From an uncultured virus (IMG/VR IMGVR_UViG_3300037245_003898) (taxonomy: Duplodnaviria > Heunggongvirae > Uroviricota > Caudoviricetes), in IMG/VR virus record IMGVR_UViG_3300037245_003898: DNA of 64,000 nt. One strand, written 5' to 3'. A model generated the notes under the pieces. That model was not told the DNA's origin, made no database searches, and saw only the letters and a list, made by a program, of their open reading frames with translations. The position numbers and the translations under genes were made by a program. Shown in pieces: positions 9,855 through 19,932 of this stretch (position 1 is the stretch's first letter; each line of letters opens with the position of its first letter).

Positions 9855-12040
9855 AATCGTTCCTTTGTCTTGCTTCTGCTTATTTTCCCGCTGGAGGTCT
9901 TGGATAGAAAACCCGGAGGCACAATGTCTACGATTGCAGATAAACCAAATACCTCTCGGATGCGCAAGCTGATGGCATTCTCCAGACCTGATTGCTTCGA
10001 CTCGGCACACACATGGCATTCGTGAGTCCCAGACTGTTCCGAAAGGACTCCGAAGCATGCTACTCGACCGGCGATCACGCCCTCCATCTTCGAAATCTCA
10101 TGCTCAATGATTTCAGGATAAACATTCACCCCGTATGAGACAAAAGAATCTTTAGTTCTTCCAATTATATAGAGTTCTTGATCTCTCATAAACCCAATAT
10201 CACCCGTATCGTAATATCCATAAAAATCAGACCTGGCGTTAGTATGGGGTTCGTAAGAACTGCGCATCATCACCCGACCTTCGGAATCGTTAGTCACATC
10301 TTCCCCGTCCTTTTCGATTATAATCGAGACACCAGGTATGACTCGTCCACAGCTAACATACGATACGCCACCAAATTCCGCTAACCGTATTCCGGGTTCA
10401 TTTTTCGTCAGTGGGTGTAACGGCTCGGTATACCCAGGACCAACTTTAGTTCCTGGTGGATAAACTTTTTTGATTGGCTTAGGCCCTTGACCCGACTGAG
10501 ATACCGCAAAAACGTTTTCAGCCAAAGCGTAACACACCGACACACATTCGGGATTCAGATTGTTACCTTTGAATCTCTCCTGGAACTGCACGATATCATG
10601 ATGAAAAGTTGGCTCTGAACAACTGATAACGTGAGTGAGAGAAGACAAATCAACATCATCAAGTTTTCCATTCTTGGTGATATAGCTAAAGGCGAAACTG
10701 GGCATCCATATGTGTGTAGCTCGATGTTTGTGGGCCATATTTAATATCTCGACGGGAGAAGACAGCCAAACAAATGGATCAATGATGTGGAAACTTGCCC
10801 CCTTAAGTAATGGAAGCAAGAAAGAGGATACCAAGCCCATGTCGTGATACAGCGGCAACCAGGACACCACTATAGAGTCCGAGTTGAATTCTATAGTTTT
10901 GGCATATTCATCACAATGAGAAATAAGCTGCTTATGAGTCACTTCAACGACTTTTGAGATTCCCGTCGTGCCTGATGACATCTGAAGAAATGCCAAATCA
11001 TCGGGTTTGACTTTAGGCTCAGGCAAAACGTCTCCCAGGTCAATCTTCGAGAAGCATTTGAAAAATTGTCCATGTTCATTTTTGTGCTCTTCCTCGCAGA
11101 AACAAATAGCAGGAGTGACTCGTTCTAGAATACTCTGCATTCTAACTTCAAAATCATCTTTGTGGACTTTGTAACTCGGTCTCTGTATAATCAAAGGTAT
11201 TCTCTTATACAGAATGCAACCTACGAACATATAGAACAACTCATCACAAGACTTCTTAGACAGCAGTACGACATCACCCTCTTTAGTAAGACTAGCGATA
11301 GCACTGCCAAATAGCCTGGCCTTATCGTAGAAGGTGGGGTTAGATTTCTTGATGACTTGGTTGATGGTCAAACCCATGCGACTAACATGCCTACCCAAGA
11401 ACCCAACGATATAATCGACACCAGATGCCGCATAATGAAGACGATCTTCACCTGCATTTTCCTCCACCCAGTTGAAATCCATAGGCATATGCAAAAAGTC
11501 TACGCCAAGCTTAGAATAGGCATCGTTCATTCTCAATATGTCATGATGATGTCTGATTCCCAAGTGGTGAAGCCTGTCCATTCCGTTGTCATGCTTCAAA
11601 GAATGCATGCCGATAAAAATACAGTTAGTGCTTTTGGACTTTACTACATCCATGGTCTCTTGTTCGTATTTTCTGTCGATGTACAAAAAGCTCTGTGGAG
11701 ACGTTGATGTTGGTGGGATATCAGGAGGAGTCGCAACCAGAGCCGTGTCTACTGGTTCACAAAGAGCGTCTGGATTAAACCTATGACCTGTAAGGTATTG
11801 AAGTATTTCAGGAGTCCAGCGACACACTCCCTCATGCCATCCAGCCTGGAGTATTGTCAGATCAAATTTATCCTGCGATTCCAGATATTCTGCCAAAACA
11901 TGGAGTGAAAACAACCAGTGGTCATAAAAAGCCCGAAGAGTTTTTACATCGTGTCCTGGACGGACCTGATTGAATCTGACTACTATATCATCAGCCATGG
12001 GCCAAACTGTTCTGGAATCTCCAGCTATTAGAATTCTCAT
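9836..12040 (-). CDS. SGNH-like domain fused to fatty acyl-AMP ligase (adenylation) domain
   Basis: N-terminal IAGDS ... DRLHY (GDS/DxxH); FLQMSSGTTG, SWLPLYHDMGL, CYALAEN, DTGDIG, KTSSGK. Confidence 0.85.
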   Translation of the reverse strand: MRILIAGDSRTVWPMADDIVVRFNQVRPGHDVKTLRAFYDHWLFSLHVLAEYLESQDKFDLTILQAGWHEGVCRWTPEILQYLTGHRFNPDALCEPVDTALVATPPDIPPTSTSPQSFLYIDRKYEQETMDVVKSKSTNCIFIGMHSLKHDNGMDRLHHLGIRHHHDILRMNDAYSKLGVDFLHMPMDFNWVEENAGEDRLHYAASGVDYIVGFLGRHVSRMGLTINQVIKKSNPTFYDKARLFGSAIASLTKEGDVVLLSKKSCDELFYMFVGCILYKRIPLIIQRPSYKVHKDDFEVRMQSILERVTPAICFCEEEHKNEHGQFFKCFSKIDLGDVLPEPKVKPDDLAFLQMSSGTTGISKVVEVTHKQLISHCDEYAKTIEFNSDSIVVSWLPLYHDMGLVSSFLLPLLKGASFHIIDPFVWLSSPVEILNMAHKHRATHIWMPSFAFSYITKNGKLDDVDLSSLTHVISCSEPTFHHDIVQFQERFKGNNLNPECVSVCYALAENVFAVSQSGQGPKPIKKVYPPGTKVGPGYTEPLHPLTKNEPGIRLAEFGGVSYVSCGRVIPGVSIIIEKDGEDVTNDSEGRVMMRSSYEPHTNARSDFYGYYDTGDIGFMRDQELYIIGRTKDSFVSYGVNVYPEIIEHEISKMEGVIAGRVACFGVLSEQSGTHECHVCAESKQSGLENAISLRIREVFGLSAIVDIVPPGFLSKTSSGKISRSKTKERLCSRKS

Positions 12041-12852
12041 TAGCTTTCCTTAAACTGGCGTCTACTCCATCTATCAGGAGCGAGTTTCCAGTTATCAAAA
12101 TCTATATTAGTTCTGGCTCTAGGGGCAGGGTATATGCTGGACAACAAAGCCATATCATCTGCGTGAGTATTTTCAATAGGCAGGTGATCCTGCGAAGACC
12201 ACTCTTGAGTGAGATCCATAAATCTACCGCCCATTACAACCTCAGCCCCGTCATTCTGCAACCGAACAGCCAAGTCATTAGATCCAACCCCTATGTGCGC
12301 AAAACGACAATCCCACCCACCAATCTCTTTGAGATAATCGTTCCTAATCAGAGCATTCATAACAACCTTATAGTGAGCATTCCCGCACATGGACAAAGCG
12401 GGGTTCTCTCCAAAAACCATTTTCATATCTGTCGAAGCTCTCTTCATCTTATCAACTGCTCTCTTTAGCGACTCAGGAATCCCCTGTCCAAACATTCTTT
12501 GTTCTGCTGTGGCTCCTTCAGTAAACGTGAATGACACCAGTCCTTTTCTGTGCTTTGGTATGGATGCAAACGCCGCATCTACTGCCAGACCTGGGCTAAA
12601 AATGCCATCATCGGTGGCCCAAACCACGTATTCTCCTCGACTATGCAACAGACCTAACTGGTAACAACGGCTGGGGCAGCCGAAATCTTTTACAAACACA
12701 ACGTTCTCTTTTTCTGCTAATCCTGGAGGTGGAGCATATGGCCCCACGAAGACTACTTCGTAGTCCGTTAATGTTGTAGTGTTAGGAATGGATTCATACA
12801 ACTCAACCCAATTTTGATTTCGAAACCCGGCGAGAAATATAGACAGTTTCAT
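12040..12852 (-). CDS. GT2-like glycosyltransferase, paralog family member 1
   Basis: MKLSIFLAGFR, WATDDG, GGWDCRF, DLAVRLQNDG, DFDNWK. Confidence 0.75.
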   Translation of the reverse strand: MKLSIFLAGFRNQNWVELYESIPNTTTLTDYEVVFVGPYAPPPGLAEKENVVFVKDFGCPSRCYQLGLLHSRGEYVVWATDDGIFSPGLAVDAAFASIPKHRKGLVSFTFTEGATAEQRMFGQGIPESLKRAVDKMKRASTDMKMVFGENPALSMCGNAHYKVVMNALIRNDYLKEIGGWDCRFAHIGVGSNDLAVRLQNDGAEVVMGGRFMDLTQEWSSQDHLPIENTHADDMALLSSIYPAPRARTNIDFDNWKLAPDRWSRRQFKES

Positions 12853-13676
12853 AATTCTAACCCTTCTACAATTGAATTTATAACTCCAACATTATCCAAT
12901 TCATCTAAAATGTCTTCTATAAACATCTTCTCATACTGCATGTACGCAGCATCGTAATAAACCGGCATCTCTTTATCCGTAAAATCAAAGAGACACTCGA
13001 CAAGCTCTGTCATCGGCAGGATAATGGATGAACATATGTTTGTCTCTCGGTCACGATTTCCGTTCAGGAAGCTCACCAAATAATCGCATATGTCTCTCAC
13101 ATGCAAAAAATTCCTTACCTGAGTCCCATCTCCCCATACATCCAGAGTGTCCGAAGTATTTATTTTGTGAAGTAAATCAGGGATAACGTGGGATTCACCA
13201 TACGAGGTAAACTTTGATAACTGCGATGCTCCAAAGATGTTAGGTGGTCTCACTATATACAAATCCGTTGCATTCAGCATGAAATACTGCTCTCCCTCCA
13301 ACTTTGATCTGGCGTAAGGAGTATCAGGAGACCTATCATCACTAATAGATTTGCAGCCTTCAAACACATTCAGGGTTGATACGAACAATATAGTCATTGC
13401 ATCGCAAGACTTTAAAACGTTCTCATTAATCTTGGCGTTATACGATACTACATCCTGTTTTTGATTGAAGAGCAGTCCTCCAGCCGCACTGGCTAAATGA
13501 AAGCAGAAACCTGCATCTACTTCCACAGGCCCCGTCGTTAAGTCATGAATCTTATCCACTCCCTGAATACCCGAAGGCACCAGATCTATATTTGTGACAT
13601 CATAGCCCCGAGACAAAAGTGTCTGAACTAACTCCTGTCCTACAAAACCAGAACCGCCCGTGACTAAAACTTTCAT
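12849..13676 (-). CDS. NAD-dependent epimerase/dehydratase (SDR)
   Basis: VTGGSGFVG, YARSK, WGDGTQVRNFLHV. Confidence 0.9.
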   Translation of the reverse strand: MKVLVTGGSGFVGQELVQTLLSRGYDVTNIDLVPSGIQGVDKIHDLTTGPVEVDAGFCFHLASAAGGLLFNQKQDVVSYNAKINENVLKSCDAMTILFVSTLNVFEGCKSISDDRSPDTPYARSKLEGEQYFMLNATDLYIVRPPNIFGASQLSKFTSYGESHVIPDLLHKINTSDTLDVWGDGTQVRNFLHVRDICDYLVSFLNGNRDRETNICSSIILPMTELVECLFDFTDKEMPVYYDAAYMQYEKMFIEDILDELDNVGVINSIVEGLEL

Positions 13677-14452
13677 TTTCTCCGTCCCCATTCCGCTGGC
13701 GATTGCTTCCAATTGTCGAAATCAATTTTCACTCTGTTAACGCACTCAGGGTTGTCATAAATTGAGCGATATAGTGGCATATCATTCTGCATAAACGCAT
13801 CGTGAATTGCCCCGTGTCCCGCCTGACTCGTATCAAATCCCAAAGAAAACACTTTGGTATCGACTAGGATAAACTTTGCTCCATCCCTCTGTGCCCGAAT
13901 GGCCCAATCGGTAAGAGCCAACGCAGGTGCTTCAAACCGACAATCCCAACCGCCAAGCTCTTTGAAATATTCTCTATCCATGTAAGCGAAGTTAGCTATA
14001 GACCAATCTGTTGGGACATAGTTTGAAGCAGTTACCGCGCTCCCATGCACTTTGTAATAGTTGTCTGCTAATTGAATATTCCAGTTAGCTCGGCCTCCCT
14101 TACTAGCTCCTTCGCCCTCAGTATACTTCCCAAGAACTACGGTTTTCCTGTCCTGGTCCCGAATGACATTCCAAAGCGCATTTAGAGCATTGGGCTCCAT
14201 CATCGAATCATCCGTAAGAGGCATCACTCGTCTGCCAGTCGCTACAGAAGCTGCGATTTGAAACCCTCTTATAGGAGAACCTTCATCATGAACGAACTTG
14301 ATACAAGTATTATGTTCTAATTCTGGAGGCAAAGGCTTAGGGCCTACGCAGATAATCTCTACAGGCATCGACGCCGAGTTAAAAATCAAATCAAAGCACG
14401 CAGCCCAATTTTCCGTTCGTATTCCAGAACATAGAAATGAAATATCCATCAT
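13673..14452 (-). CDS. GT2-like glycosyltransferase, paralog family member 2
   Basis: PLTDDS, GGWDCRF, DWAIRAQRDG, DFDNWK. Confidence 0.7.
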   Translation of the reverse strand: MMDISFLCSGIRTENWAACFDLIFNSASMPVEIICVGPKPLPPELEHNTCIKFVHDEGSPIRGFQIAASVATGRRVMPLTDDSMMEPNALNALWNVIRDQDRKTVVLGKYTEGEGASKGGRANWNIQLADNYYKVHGSAVTASNYVPTDWSIANFAYMDREYFKELGGWDCRFEAPALALTDWAIRAQRDGAKFILVDTKVFSLGFDTSQAGHGAIHDAFMQNDMPLYRSIYDNPECVNRVKIDFDNWKQSPAEWGRRK

Positions 14453-14982
14453 AGCTCCTTGATTGCTTCCACATTCAAACTCATTAAAAGACCTTTATTC
14501 TTTTCCATGTGAGGCCAATAAGACTGACTGTAATCATCTACGTCGGAATGTTCAGTGTTCCTCCATTCGTATTCCGCCACACTGCGAAACCCAGCGTTTT
14601 CCAAATCACTTTCTAGGGATTGAAAATCCCAACAGTAGTGGTGGAAATTAGTTTCGTAATCTTGACCTCCGTACAAAAACCCTATGAGCTTATCCAATGA
14701 TACTCCGTCCTGATACAGATGCACAACTTTTGCGAAGTCAGGAACGGCTATTCTTAGAATAGCCCCTGGCTTCAGTATCTCGCACCATCTCTCTAGCACT
14801 TTGTTTCTTTCGTGACGACTAACGTGCTCCAAAACGTGGGACACATAAATAAGATCAACAGAGCATGGCTTAAACGAAGACAGAGTTCTCACATCATCTA
14901 TAATCGCCCCATCGAATGGACGGGCATCTACATTCACAAAACCATGCAGCATCTTGGCCCCACACCCTAAATGTAACTTCAT
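14449..14982 (-). CDS. SAM-dependent methyltransferase (type 11-like)
   Basis: KLHLGCG, SHVLEH, LKPGAILRIAVPD. Confidence 0.85.
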   Translation of the reverse strand: MKLHLGCGAKMLHGFVNVDARPFDGAIIDDVRTLSSFKPCSVDLIYVSHVLEHVSRHERNKVLERWCEILKPGAILRIAVPDFAKVVHLYQDGVSLDKLIGFLYGGQDYETNFHHYCWDFQSLESDLENAGFRSVAEYEWRNTEHSDVDDYSQSYWPHMEKNKGLLMSLNVEAIKEL

Positions 14983-15782
14983 TTTGGAATCCCGTTAGGC
15001 CACCGCCGAGACCACACGGCGGGACAATCTTTCCAGTTATCAAATTCTATTTTGGTTCTATTTAACCCTCCATTAGGTTGGTAAATCTCGATAAACAGCG
15101 GCTGGTCATGAGCGCTATGGCTTTCTTGCACCGGAGCATGATCTTTCGTGCCCGCTGAGTTATCCCAACTCGTCCAATCGCAGTTCATTACCTCCAGCGG
15201 AGATAGATGCAGGACACCTCCGTCTCGCTGAATTCTATAAGACAAGTCATGAGCGGCAAAAGCCAGATGCTCGAATCTGCAATCCCAACCCCCCAGCTCT
15301 CTGAAATACTCAGCCGACATCAGGGGCTGCATAAAGAACTTGAAATCCAAGGGCATTTTAACTTTGATAGCCTTGAAAAATCCCTCGTTGCCTTTGACCG
15401 TCCAATACTCTAGGGGTTTAGGCTCACCCGCCATATCTATGCCCTCACGATATCTCAGGATAATGGCATCCTTTTTGGCAGACATATCGAGCAACTCAAT
15501 ACTCTTGTCCAGTGATTCAGGAAAAGCATATCCATCATCTGCGGGAACTGCTATGAGCCGTCCTTCACATAGTAACGCTCCTTCCATGGCAGCCCTTACA
15601 GATGATGCATAGGTCTTTACGTGTTTCACGTTATCTTTGTCTTTGAGGGACTCTGGTAAATCGTAGGGACTGGCGAAAACCACCTCGAAAGTATACTTTG
15701 TGCAAGCTGATACAAACGAGTCGTATAATCGGTCCCAATAGCTCGGGCGTATCGCAGGTAAACATATAGACAAGTCAATCAT
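14979..15782 (-). CDS. GT2-like glycosyltransferase, paralog family member 3
   Basis: DLSICLPAIR, VPADDG, GGWDCRF, EFDNWK. Confidence 0.7.
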   Translation of the reverse strand: MIDLSICLPAIRPSYWDRLYDSFVSACTKYTFEVVFASPYDLPESLKDKDNVKHVKTYASSVRAAMEGALLCEGRLIAVPADDGYAFPESLDKSIELLDMSAKKDAIILRYREGIDMAGEPKPLEYWTVKGNEGFFKAIKVKMPLDFKFFMQPLMSAEYFRELGGWDCRFEHLAFAAHDLSYRIQRDGGVLHLSPLEVMNCDWTSWDNSAGTKDHAPVQESHSAHDQPLFIEIYQPNGGLNRTKIEFDNWKDCPAVWSRRWPNGIPK

Positions 15783-16708
15783 TACGTTCTCACTTCTGGA
15801 TAGTTATCTATGAACCACTTAACCGTTTGCCCGATGCCGTCATCATGGGCAGTAAACTTGAGATTAGGAACTAAAGACATCAGTCGGGAAATATCACTTG
15901 GCCGACGTAACTGCCCATTGGGTTTTGATGTGTCAAAGATTATCTCTCCATCGAAATCCATATGTCTACAGACCATGCTGGCGAGATCCTTGATAGATAT
16001 CTCTGAGTTGCTGGAGATGATCACCTTATCATGCTCTTTCATTTTAAGAACAGCCATCGTCAAGCGGGCGAGATCATTAGAATAAATGAATTCCCGCAAA
16101 GGAGATCCATCCCCCCAAATAGTCAGCGGCTCGCCAGACTTCTTGGCCAAATAACACTTATGAATCAAAGATGCTATCACATGGCCGTTGGACAGACTAA
16201 AATTGTCGTTAGGGCCATACAAATTAGTAGGTATGATTGAGCAATAGTTTACTCCATACTGACGACAATAAGCTTTGATCTGAATATCGGCCATTCGCTT
16301 TGCATACCCATAAGCAAAATTATCATCAAACGGCTTGCCGCATTGCTGCAAATCTTCTCGCAGTACCTCAACATCGTCAGGAAAAGTGCAGACCGAGGAA
16401 TAGCAAACAAAATTCTTGACTCCTGACTTGTAAGCCCAATGAATCATATGGCTGTTCATCAATATGTTATCGTAGAACAGTTCTGCTGGCTTGGACCTGT
16501 TAAGGCCGATGCCTCCCACTTTTGCAGCAGCGTGTATAACATAATCAGCATGAGCAAAGCGATACAAAGATCGAACGTGGTCTACATTTGTCAAATCCCC
16601 ATCTTCTCGGTTAGCAAAATAGAAATCATGTTCAAGAAATTCTGACTGTATCGTCTTGAACGCTAACCCTAACAGACCATCTGAGCCAGTAACCAGTATC
16701 TTAGACAT
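15782..16708 (-). CDS. fcl: GDP-L-fucose synthase-like epimerase/reductase (Fcl/ColC family)
   Basis: HAAAKVGGI, YGYAKR, PTNLYGPNDNF, WGDGSPLREF, DTSKPNG. Confidence 0.85.
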   Translation of the reverse strand: MSKILVTGSDGLLGLAFKTIQSEFLEHDFYFANREDGDLTNVDHVRSLYRFAHADYVIHAAAKVGGIGLNRSKPAELFYDNILMNSHMIHWAYKSGVKNFVCYSSVCTFPDDVEVLREDLQQCGKPFDDNFAYGYAKRMADIQIKAYCRQYGVNYCSIIPTNLYGPNDNFSLSNGHVIASLIHKCYLAKKSGEPLTIWGDGSPLREFIYSNDLARLTMAVLKMKEHDKVIISSNSEISIKDLASMVCRHMDFDGEIIFDTSKPNGQLRRPSDISRLMSLVPNLKFTAHDDGIGQTVKWFIDNYPEVRT

Positions 16709-17138
16709 TGAAAATCTCCGCATCAACAACCATTTTCTTCAGCAATGAATGCCAGTCAGTATCTATCTCACTTACCCATCTATAATCGGTAGAAGTGTCA
16801 TCTAAGGTTACTTCGTCACTACTAACCGACACAACAAACAGGGTAGTTACGAAATGTTTTCCTTCTGCTTCAGGGGCTTCGTATGATTGGACCATACGGA
16901 CTGCCTCTGCGTCAAGCCCTACCTCGTCTCGGGCCTTGCGCTTCACGGCGTCATGCCAGCTTTCACCTATATGGACACGACCTCCAACAATCCACCACAA
17001 ACATCCCCAGGTTTCTGATTCTCCTCTCTGAACAATAAGAAGTTTATCGTCATGCACTATTGCGAGGTCAACACAACAAATTGGTATCAACTGTAATATC
17101 TGCTCATATTGTTCTTTAGGAATGAAAGTCATATTCAA
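16701..17138 (-). CDS. NUDIX hydrolase, GDP-mannose mannosyl hydrolase-like
   Basis: PICCVDL...GGRVHIGESWHDAVKRKARDEVGL variant Nudix box. Confidence 0.75.
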   Translation of the reverse strand: MNMTFIPKEQYEQILQLIPICCVDLAIVHDDKLLIVQRGESETWGCLWWIVGGRVHIGESWHDAVKRKARDEVGLDAEAVRMVQSYEAPEAEGKHFVTTLFVVSVSSDEVTLDDTSTDYRWVSEIDTDWHSLLKKMVVDAEIFNV

Positions 17139-19117
17139 TTCACAAACTTATAGAGATAAGCTCCTTTTTTATTGCCGTACCACACGACTTCGCGATACCA
17201 CTGATTCCATGAATTCCATGTTTTGGAGCTGCGGTCTATCGTGTAATTATACTCTCCATGTTCTAGTTGTATCACCTCTCCAATAAGGTTGGCCCTGTAT
17301 ACATCCCAAATATTGCAATGGAGTTCAACATCTATGTCAGTATCTACAAACGGAATTTTGATAAGCTTTTCGTTAAAATCAAATGCATCTCGTAGTATTT
17401 GTTCAAAATCTTTATGACCTTGAGACTTGAGCATGCTCGTCAAGATGCTAAAACACTCGTCATAAAATGCCTTCAGTAAATCGTTTTTCACTAATTTGAT
17501 AAAAAAGAACTCATCAGCAGGCCAGAAGATGTTTAGCCATTCCTCTGATTCACAATATTCCGCACCGCCTGCTTGAATGTCTCTGGCTTTGTCAATGAAA
17601 AAGTTAGTCGCCTGTGAAAGGACAGGCGACGATGTTTGCATCATAGTTTCCACAGCGTCTTTGTACCTAACGCCATAAACTACGTTTAACAGAATCAACG
17701 GTATCTGCAAAAGCTTGTCAAAGTGCAACAAAGAGATCATGAAAGCAAAAGAACGACATTTTACCCAGTCCTCTGAAGACATAGTGTTTGTCTCAATAAC
17801 CAGTTGTTGGGTCTCATATATGTTGTCCACCCATTCTCCCAGACTTCCGTGGGTGTTAATCTGCTTTGTTTCTACCATCTTCATGCCGTATCGTTTCTGA
17901 TACTCCTTATCTCCCATTTCAGCATTAGGTAGAATCGACAGATTGCTGAATTGGATACGATTGTGCTGTCCCATTTCTATCAGAGTGGATGTTCCTTCTT
18001 TGAAGGTGTCATACGTTTCTTCAGGCAATCCCAGAATGATATCCGAGAACGTCTCCACTCCTTCCGCAGTGAATCGTCGTTGGAGTTCGTAATATGTTTC
18101 CAGTTTAATATTGTCCCTTTTGATGGCTTTAAGAGTGTCTTCGTTTAACGTCTGGAACGCCAAAAGGACTCCCTTGCTGAGCCCGTTTTGGGTCATTACC
18201 TTCTGAATGTCATACGATGCATCGGTAGAATTTTTGGTATTCTGAACCGACAAAGCCTCCGGATACCCATAGAGTTTTTTGTTTTCTACAAACTTGTTTG
18301 CTATAGCCAAATCTCTCTTTTTGTACATGCCAAAGTTGGCATCACAGCAATAGACAAACTCGACTTTATTATTGCTAAACCAGTCTACTTCTTTGTAGAG
18401 TCTGTCAAGGTTGTAGTCAGCCATGCGCTTCTTGGCCCCCACGCCCCAATCACAGTAAGTACACTTAAAAGGGCATCCTCGGTTGGTCTCCCATAGCCCT
18501 ATCCAATTTTCATCAGGATTGGCTGCAATCAGATCATCGAAAAACCCTGTTAAAAATGGAGACGGAACATCATTGAGGTCTTCGATACGTGGTGCTAGAC
18601 GGTTTTGACTGAAACAGCCGTCACGAAGATATGCCAAAGATGGGACATTGGTCCAGTTTTTCGCATGATAATTATTCAAGAATGATGCAAAAGCAACTTC
18701 ACCCTCGCCAGGAATCGCAAAATCTACAAACGACAATTCGCTCAAAAACTCTTCGAGAACTTTTTCGTCATCAGGAACGTGACATCCCCCAAATAGAATC
18801 ACAACTCCGGGGTTGACCTTTTTAATTTCCTCGGCTATCAAACAGGATATTTTGAAGTTCCATACATAAACGCTAAACGCTACCAGGTCTGAGCCTTCAA
18901 GCTTCTTTAGGGCAGCATCAACAGAGAGCCGTTTGTAAATCGGAGTCAAAAAATGGAAGTAGTCAATATTTGGAACATGTTTTCGGGCATAGGCTTCTAA
19001 AAATCCCACAGATAAGGGCAAATAGCTTTGCTCTGAAAAGCTGTTATTAACCTGAACGAGACCAACGTTGGTCTTCGATGTGGGTCTTTCGACCCCAGGG
19101 TTCAAATAATAACTCAT
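17135..19117 (-). CDS. B12-binding radical SAM enzyme (class B methyltransferase-like)
   Basis: YLPLSVG, FSVYVWN, GGCH, GEGE; ETNRGCPFKCTYCDWG (CxxxCxxC). Confidence 0.9.
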   Translation of the reverse strand: MSYYLNPGVERPTSKTNVGLVQVNNSFSEQSYLPLSVGFLEAYARKHVPNIDYFHFLTPIYKRLSVDAALKKLEGSDLVAFSVYVWNFKISCLIAEEIKKVNPGVVILFGGCHVPDDEKVLEEFLSELSFVDFAIPGEGEVAFASFLNNYHAKNWTNVPSLAYLRDGCFSQNRLAPRIEDLNDVPSPFLTGFFDDLIAANPDENWIGLWETNRGCPFKCTYCDWGVGAKKRMADYNLDRLYKEVDWFSNNKVEFVYCCDANFGMYKKRDLAIANKFVENKKLYGYPEALSVQNTKNSTDASYDIQKVMTQNGLSKGVLLAFQTLNEDTLKAIKRDNIKLETYYELQRRFTAEGVETFSDIILGLPEETYDTFKEGTSTLIEMGQHNRIQFSNLSILPNAEMGDKEYQKRYGMKMVETKQINTHGSLGEWVDNIYETQQLVIETNTMSSEDWVKCRSFAFMISLLHFDKLLQIPLILLNVVYGVRYKDAVETMMQTSSPVLSQATNFFIDKARDIQAGGAEYCESEEWLNIFWPADEFFFIKLVKNDLLKAFYDECFSILTSMLKSQGHKDFEQILRDAFDFNEKLIKIPFVDTDIDVELHCNIWDVYRANLIGEVIQLEHGEYNYTIDRSSKTWNSWNQWYREVVWYGNKKGAYLYKFVN

Positions 19118-19932
19118 TTGCTTTCCGTGAACCTTCTGCCCCAAACAGCAGGACTTTGCTCCCAGTTATTTACAGGTATTTTAGTTCTATTAGCAAACTC
19201 GGGGTTGCTATACATCGATTTCATCAATGGTAAATCATTCTCAAAGTGTGCCCGATCAATTGGACCGTGTTCTGATGGGCTATTAGACAAATCCATGATT
19301 TTTTCGCCCAAAATGACTTCTGCACCATCGTTCTGTAGTCTCACAGCTAAATCGTGGCATCCTATTCCTGGTTGCTCATATTGACAATCAAAACCTCCAA
19401 TTTCCATAAGATAATCACGACGCATTAGAGCAATCATCAACAATACGTAGTGATTGGGGATGTAAGGAAGGTCTTTCATAAGATGACCATACATATGCCA
19501 GTAATTATCAGATTCTAGAAACTGTTTCTCCACACGCATCTGAGCCAACCTCCGCTTGTGACTTTTTTTATTGAATTTATCACAGTCAAGCGGAGCTTCA
19601 TAATACTTGAAAGAAACAATGCCTTTCGGGTGGCCAGGCATCACATCGAATGCCTTATCAATAGCCAAGGTGGGGCTAAAAATGCCATCATCAGCGACCC
19701 AAACCACGTATTCTCCTCGACTATGCAACAGACCTAACTGGTAACAACGAGTAGGACAACCTTTATCCTTGACGAAACTGACATTAGGCAGGCTTAGAAA
19801 CTCTTTAGAAGGTTCGTTTGGCCCCACGAAGACCATCTCGTAGTCTTGTATTGCTGTTGTTTGTGAGACTGAGTTGTAAACAGACATCCAGTTATCTGCT
19901 CTATACCCTGACATAAAGATCGATAGTTTCAT
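19114..19932 (-). CDS. GT2-like glycosyltransferase, paralog family member 4
   Basis: MKLSIFMSG, GCPTRCYQLGLLHS, WVADDG, GGFDC. Confidence 0.75.
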   Translation of the reverse strand: MKLSIFMSGYRADNWMSVYNSVSQTTAIQDYEMVFVGPNEPSKEFLSLPNVSFVKDKGCPTRCYQLGLLHSRGEYVVWVADDGIFSPTLAIDKAFDVMPGHPKGIVSFKYYEAPLDCDKFNKKSHKRRLAQMRVEKQFLESDNYWHMYGHLMKDLPYIPNHYVLLMIALMRRDYLMEIGGFDCQYEQPGIGCHDLAVRLQNDGAEVILGEKIMDLSNSPSEHGPIDRAHFENDLPLMKSMYSNPEFANRTKIPVNNWEQSPAVWGRRFTESK

